DNA of 19,003 nt from Candidatus Nanohaloarchaea archaeon (GTDB taxonomy: Archaea > Nanohalarchaeota > Nanosalinia > Nanosalinales > Nanosalinaceae). The notes under the pieces are model-generated. The model saw nothing but the letters and a program-made list of their open reading frames with translations, was not told the DNA's origin and made no database searches. The stretch is taken from the NCBI GenBank assembly GCA_046497485.1, contig JAWOFP010000030.1:1-19003 (forward strand). The letters run 5' to 3'. Position 1 is the stretch's first letter, and every line of letters starts with the position of its first letter. Both the position numbers and the translations under genes were made by a program. This document shows, piece by piece, positions 16,460 through 19,003 of the stretch.

Positions 16460-17715
16460 AAAACATATGGAGACAGAGATACAGCGAAATAAGTGAGAAA
16501 AGGCCTGAGCTAGATTTTAGCGTTCTAACAGCCTTCAACGCAAACATCGACCTGAGAACCAGTTATGAAGACTTGGACTGGGATATGGGAGATGTAGATG
16601 GAGAAGTACTGGATTCAGTAAATAATATTGAAGATGTCAAGTCTGTGTTAAAGCACGCAATGAAAAATGGAGAAAACATTGAATGCGATCTAAAAAACCT
16701 AGATAAAGAGTTCTCCGGCGAGAAAAACCTAGGAGGACAGGCAGGGATCATGGCTAACTTTCTTTCAGGCCTAAATGGAAGCGTAACTTTCTATACACCA
16801 TTTCTTTCACAGGAACTCGCTGATCTCGTAGATGAGAAAGTGCTCCACCCTTATTTTGACGAAGAATTTGTTTTAAAGAATGTTAGAGATGCTTCAAATA
16901 CAGATAGGACAAAAAAGAATATTATAATTGAATACAACCAAGAATACTCAGGCAGAGTGATTCTTTCAGACAGTTTGAGAGGATTTGGGCCTTACTTCCG
17001 GTCAGGGATTGAGAAAAACCTGGAGATGATAGATCAGGATGTAGATAGAATTCTGGTATCAGGTTTTCATAATGCAGAGGGGAACTTTGAGGCTAAAATC
17101 GCTAAATCGGTTGGCCAGTTAGAGAAGCTGGAATCTCCTAAACACTTAGAAATGGTAGACTGCCAAGAAGACAAATTCAAACATATAATGGAGGAACTGA
17201 CACCTCATGTCGAAAGCATAGGCCTAGATGAGACTGAAGGAAAGAAAGTAAGAGATTTCTTCAACCTGGAAACTAATGACGAGCTCCACATAGGAGAGGC
17301 CTTTGAAATGTCCAAAAAATTAATTGAAAAATCAAACTTAGAGAGAGTACATCTCCATACTTACAGATATCACTTACTAGTGACCGATAAAGATTATCCT
17401 GCCAGTTTAGAGCATTTGAGAGACTCTATGCTATTTGGAGAGACCTCCGCAGTACTATCCGCTGATATAGGCAGATTACCAGAGTCCGAGGACTTTGAAG
17501 GCCTTGATTTCGATAAAGTTCACATCAAGAATATGGATGAGCTTGAAGAATTCGCTAATTTCTTTAATTTAGAAGATTTCGCCGAAAAAGGTTACTCCAT
17601 CGTTGAAGGCTATAAAGTAGCGGCTATTCCAACTCTTATACATGAAGAGCCTGAAAGACTGGTTGGAATGGGAGACCTGATTAGCTCTGGAACCTATGCC
17701 TATGAGATAGATTAG
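16456..17715 (+). CDS. ADP-dependent glucokinase/phosphofructokinase family protein
   Basis: AFNANID, LGGQAGIMAN, VSGFH, HLE, SIGLDETE, HLHT, VGMGDLISSG. Substrate specificity cannot be resolved by eye. Confidence 0.9.
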   Translation: MKNIWRQRYSEISEKRPELDFSVLTAFNANIDLRTSYEDLDWDMGDVDGEVLDSVNNIEDVKSVLKHAMKNGENIECDLKNLDKEFSGEKNLGGQAGIMANFLSGLNGSVTFYTPFLSQELADLVDEKVLHPYFDEEFVLKNVRDASNTDRTKKNIIIEYNQEYSGRVILSDSLRGFGPYFRSGIEKNLEMIDQDVDRILVSGFHNAEGNFEAKIAKSVGQLEKLESPKHLEMVDCQEDKFKHIMEELTPHVESIGLDETEGKKVRDFFNLETNDELHIGEAFEMSKKLIEKSNLERVHLHTYRYHLLVTDKDYPASLEHLRDSMLFGETSAVLSADIGRLPESEDFEGLDFDKVHIKNMDELEEFANFFNLEDFAEKGYSIVEGYKVAAIPTLIHEEPERLVGMGDLISSGTYAYEID

Positions 17716-18734
17716 GCCTCACAAGAGTCTCTGACAACTCCTTCTACCTTTCCAAGTATTTCCTCCAGATCTTCTTCTGTATCTGCTTCACATCTGACAC
17801 TCATCTTTTCTTCAGTGTTGGAAGGCCTGACCAACACCCAACCGTTCGCAAATTCAATCTTGACACCGTCCTTGTCGTTCATTTCAAGATGTGAGAACTC
17901 CTGTTTAACTTTCTCTATAACAATCTGTTTTCTTTCCTCTGGACAGTCTATCCTTAACTCAGGGCTTACAGGGTAATCCGGATACCCCTCCAGTTTTTCT
18001 ATTTCTCCAGAATCTACTATATCACACATTAAACAAGCTGCAAGAAGTCCATCATCCCATGGAAATCCTAGAGACGGGAAATAGTAATGGCCTGAAAGTT
18101 CCCCAGCGAAGACAACTTCAGGATCAGAATGAATCATTTCTGAAATAAAAGTATGGCCCACTCTGCTCTCTACTGGCTCGCCTCCTATTTCTCTAATTCC
18201 TTCTTTCACCAGTTTTGAAGCTCTCAAGTCATGCACAACTTTACCCGAGTCGTTTTCAAGTACTCTTTCCGAAAACAATGCGAGAACTTCATCCTCAGTA
18301 ATGTATTCTCCTTGATAGATAAATCCCGCTCTGTCTCCATCACCATCAAATAAGATGCCGAGATCTTCATCGCTCATCTCGCTTTTCAAGGCCTCTTGAG
18401 CTTCTTCCTTTGTAGGATCTGCTAAATGGTTCGGGAAGTTACCATCAACTTCTTCATTAACATTTTTTACTTCGCAACCTATTTCCTCTAAGAGTTTAGG
18501 CCCTAAAACCCCCGTTACGCCGTTCCCATAGTTTGCGGCGACTGAGATATCAACATTAAATTTGTCAGAGACTGCTTCAATATACTCTTCCGCTACTTCT
18601 TTGTCCTCATACTCTCCTTCTCCTGTTGAGAATGATTCTTCTTCATATATTTCTTCAATTTCCTTCATTCCATTTTCTCTGGACATCGCAAGGCCTTCAT
18701 CCAGGCAGAACTTGAAACCTGTGTACTCTGAAGG
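17712..18734 (-). pseudogene. Phosphoglucomutase/phosphomannomutase, 5'-truncated at the catalytic SHNP motif
   Basis: FPNHLADP, FDGDGDR, VGH, GELSGH, DGVK and VRPSNTE are present. The frame extends upstream of ATG 18686 as PSEYTGFKFCLDEGLAM to an in-frame TAA (18737-18735). The phosphoserine and the rest of domain I are absent. Confidence 0.8.
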
Positions 18735-18910
18735 TTAGTATAGAAACTAACCAGAGCTGTGTTTTTATAAATTCTCCAGAGAATAAAACAGTAAAAGTAG
18801 TGGATGAATTTATTTACAAAACTCTGGGAGTGAAATAAAGGAAAACATAAATTTTTAAACCAACTGTTTATTAATATCTTGGAAAAAGAGAGTAAAAACA
18901 AGGTGCTAAA

Positions 18911-19003
18911 ATGACAAAAGAAAAGGATAATCCAAAAGAGGAAAAAAAGAAAGAGAATCCAAAAAACCCTAAAGATATAGTTGTAGCTACTGGTAAAAAA
19001 TTC
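18911..19003 (+). CDS. Lys-rich hypothetical protein, 3'-partial
   Basis: AGGTG RBS-like motif at 18901-18905, ATG 18911, open to the window end (MTKEKDNPKEEKKKENPKNPKDIVVATGKKF). Confidence 0.55.
   Translation, partial: MTKEKDNPKEEKKKENPKNPKDIVVATGKKF

Noticed and set aside
4931..16751. Short ORFs nested in the metabolic genes (e.g. 4931-5227, 5181-5456, 10833-11045, 12268-12516, 13235-13474, 16168-16422, 16563-16751)
   Set aside because: They lie antisense within well-supported CDSs and contain no recognisable motifs.
18728..18741. TACTAAC...CAG on the minus strand resembling a spliceosomal branch point and 3' splice site; also considered group I/II or bulge-helix-bulge intron ends
   Set aside because: The context is archaeal and the PGM homology overlaps the motif. 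There is no group II domain V, no terminal G at the junction and no second bulge-helix, so it is treated as coincidence.
18665..18901. 78-aa minus-strand ORF as the frameshifted N-terminus of the phosphohexomutase
   Set aside because: It has no domain I motifs (no TASHN), and its Phe-rich sequence reflects antisense reading of A-rich DNA.

Overview
This is an archaeal window with acidic proteins and a compact gene order, most consistent with a DPANN nanohaloarchaeon (inference). Left (743-4409, minus strand): two tandem paralogous surface proteins with class III (pilin-type) signal peptides, a shared promoter, leader and N-terminal domain, but different C-terminal ligand-binding modules. The first ends in a CLec/FGE-sulfatase-fold domain whose last 41 codons carry the sequence signature of a diversity-generating retroelement (DGR) variable region, followed by two triloop hairpins; no reverse transcriptase or template repeat is visible in the window. 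The second ends in four near-identical WD40/PQQ-like repeats with hypervariable loops, followed by an orphaned copy of the first gene's 3' end lacking the hairpins, which suggests domain swapping. Both leaders contain a (CA)n tract. Right (4539-18734): a glycogen/alpha-glucan and glycolysis cluster (GAPDH, GT4s, GH57, PGI, GT3 glycogen synthase, debranching enzyme, TPI, ADP-dependent sugar kinase, phosphohexomutase). The phosphohexomutase is cut exactly at its catalytic motif by an AT-rich segment. The palindrome AGGCCT is strongly over-represented in the core genes and depleted in the adhesin island. All calls come from reading the sequence; no searches were run.
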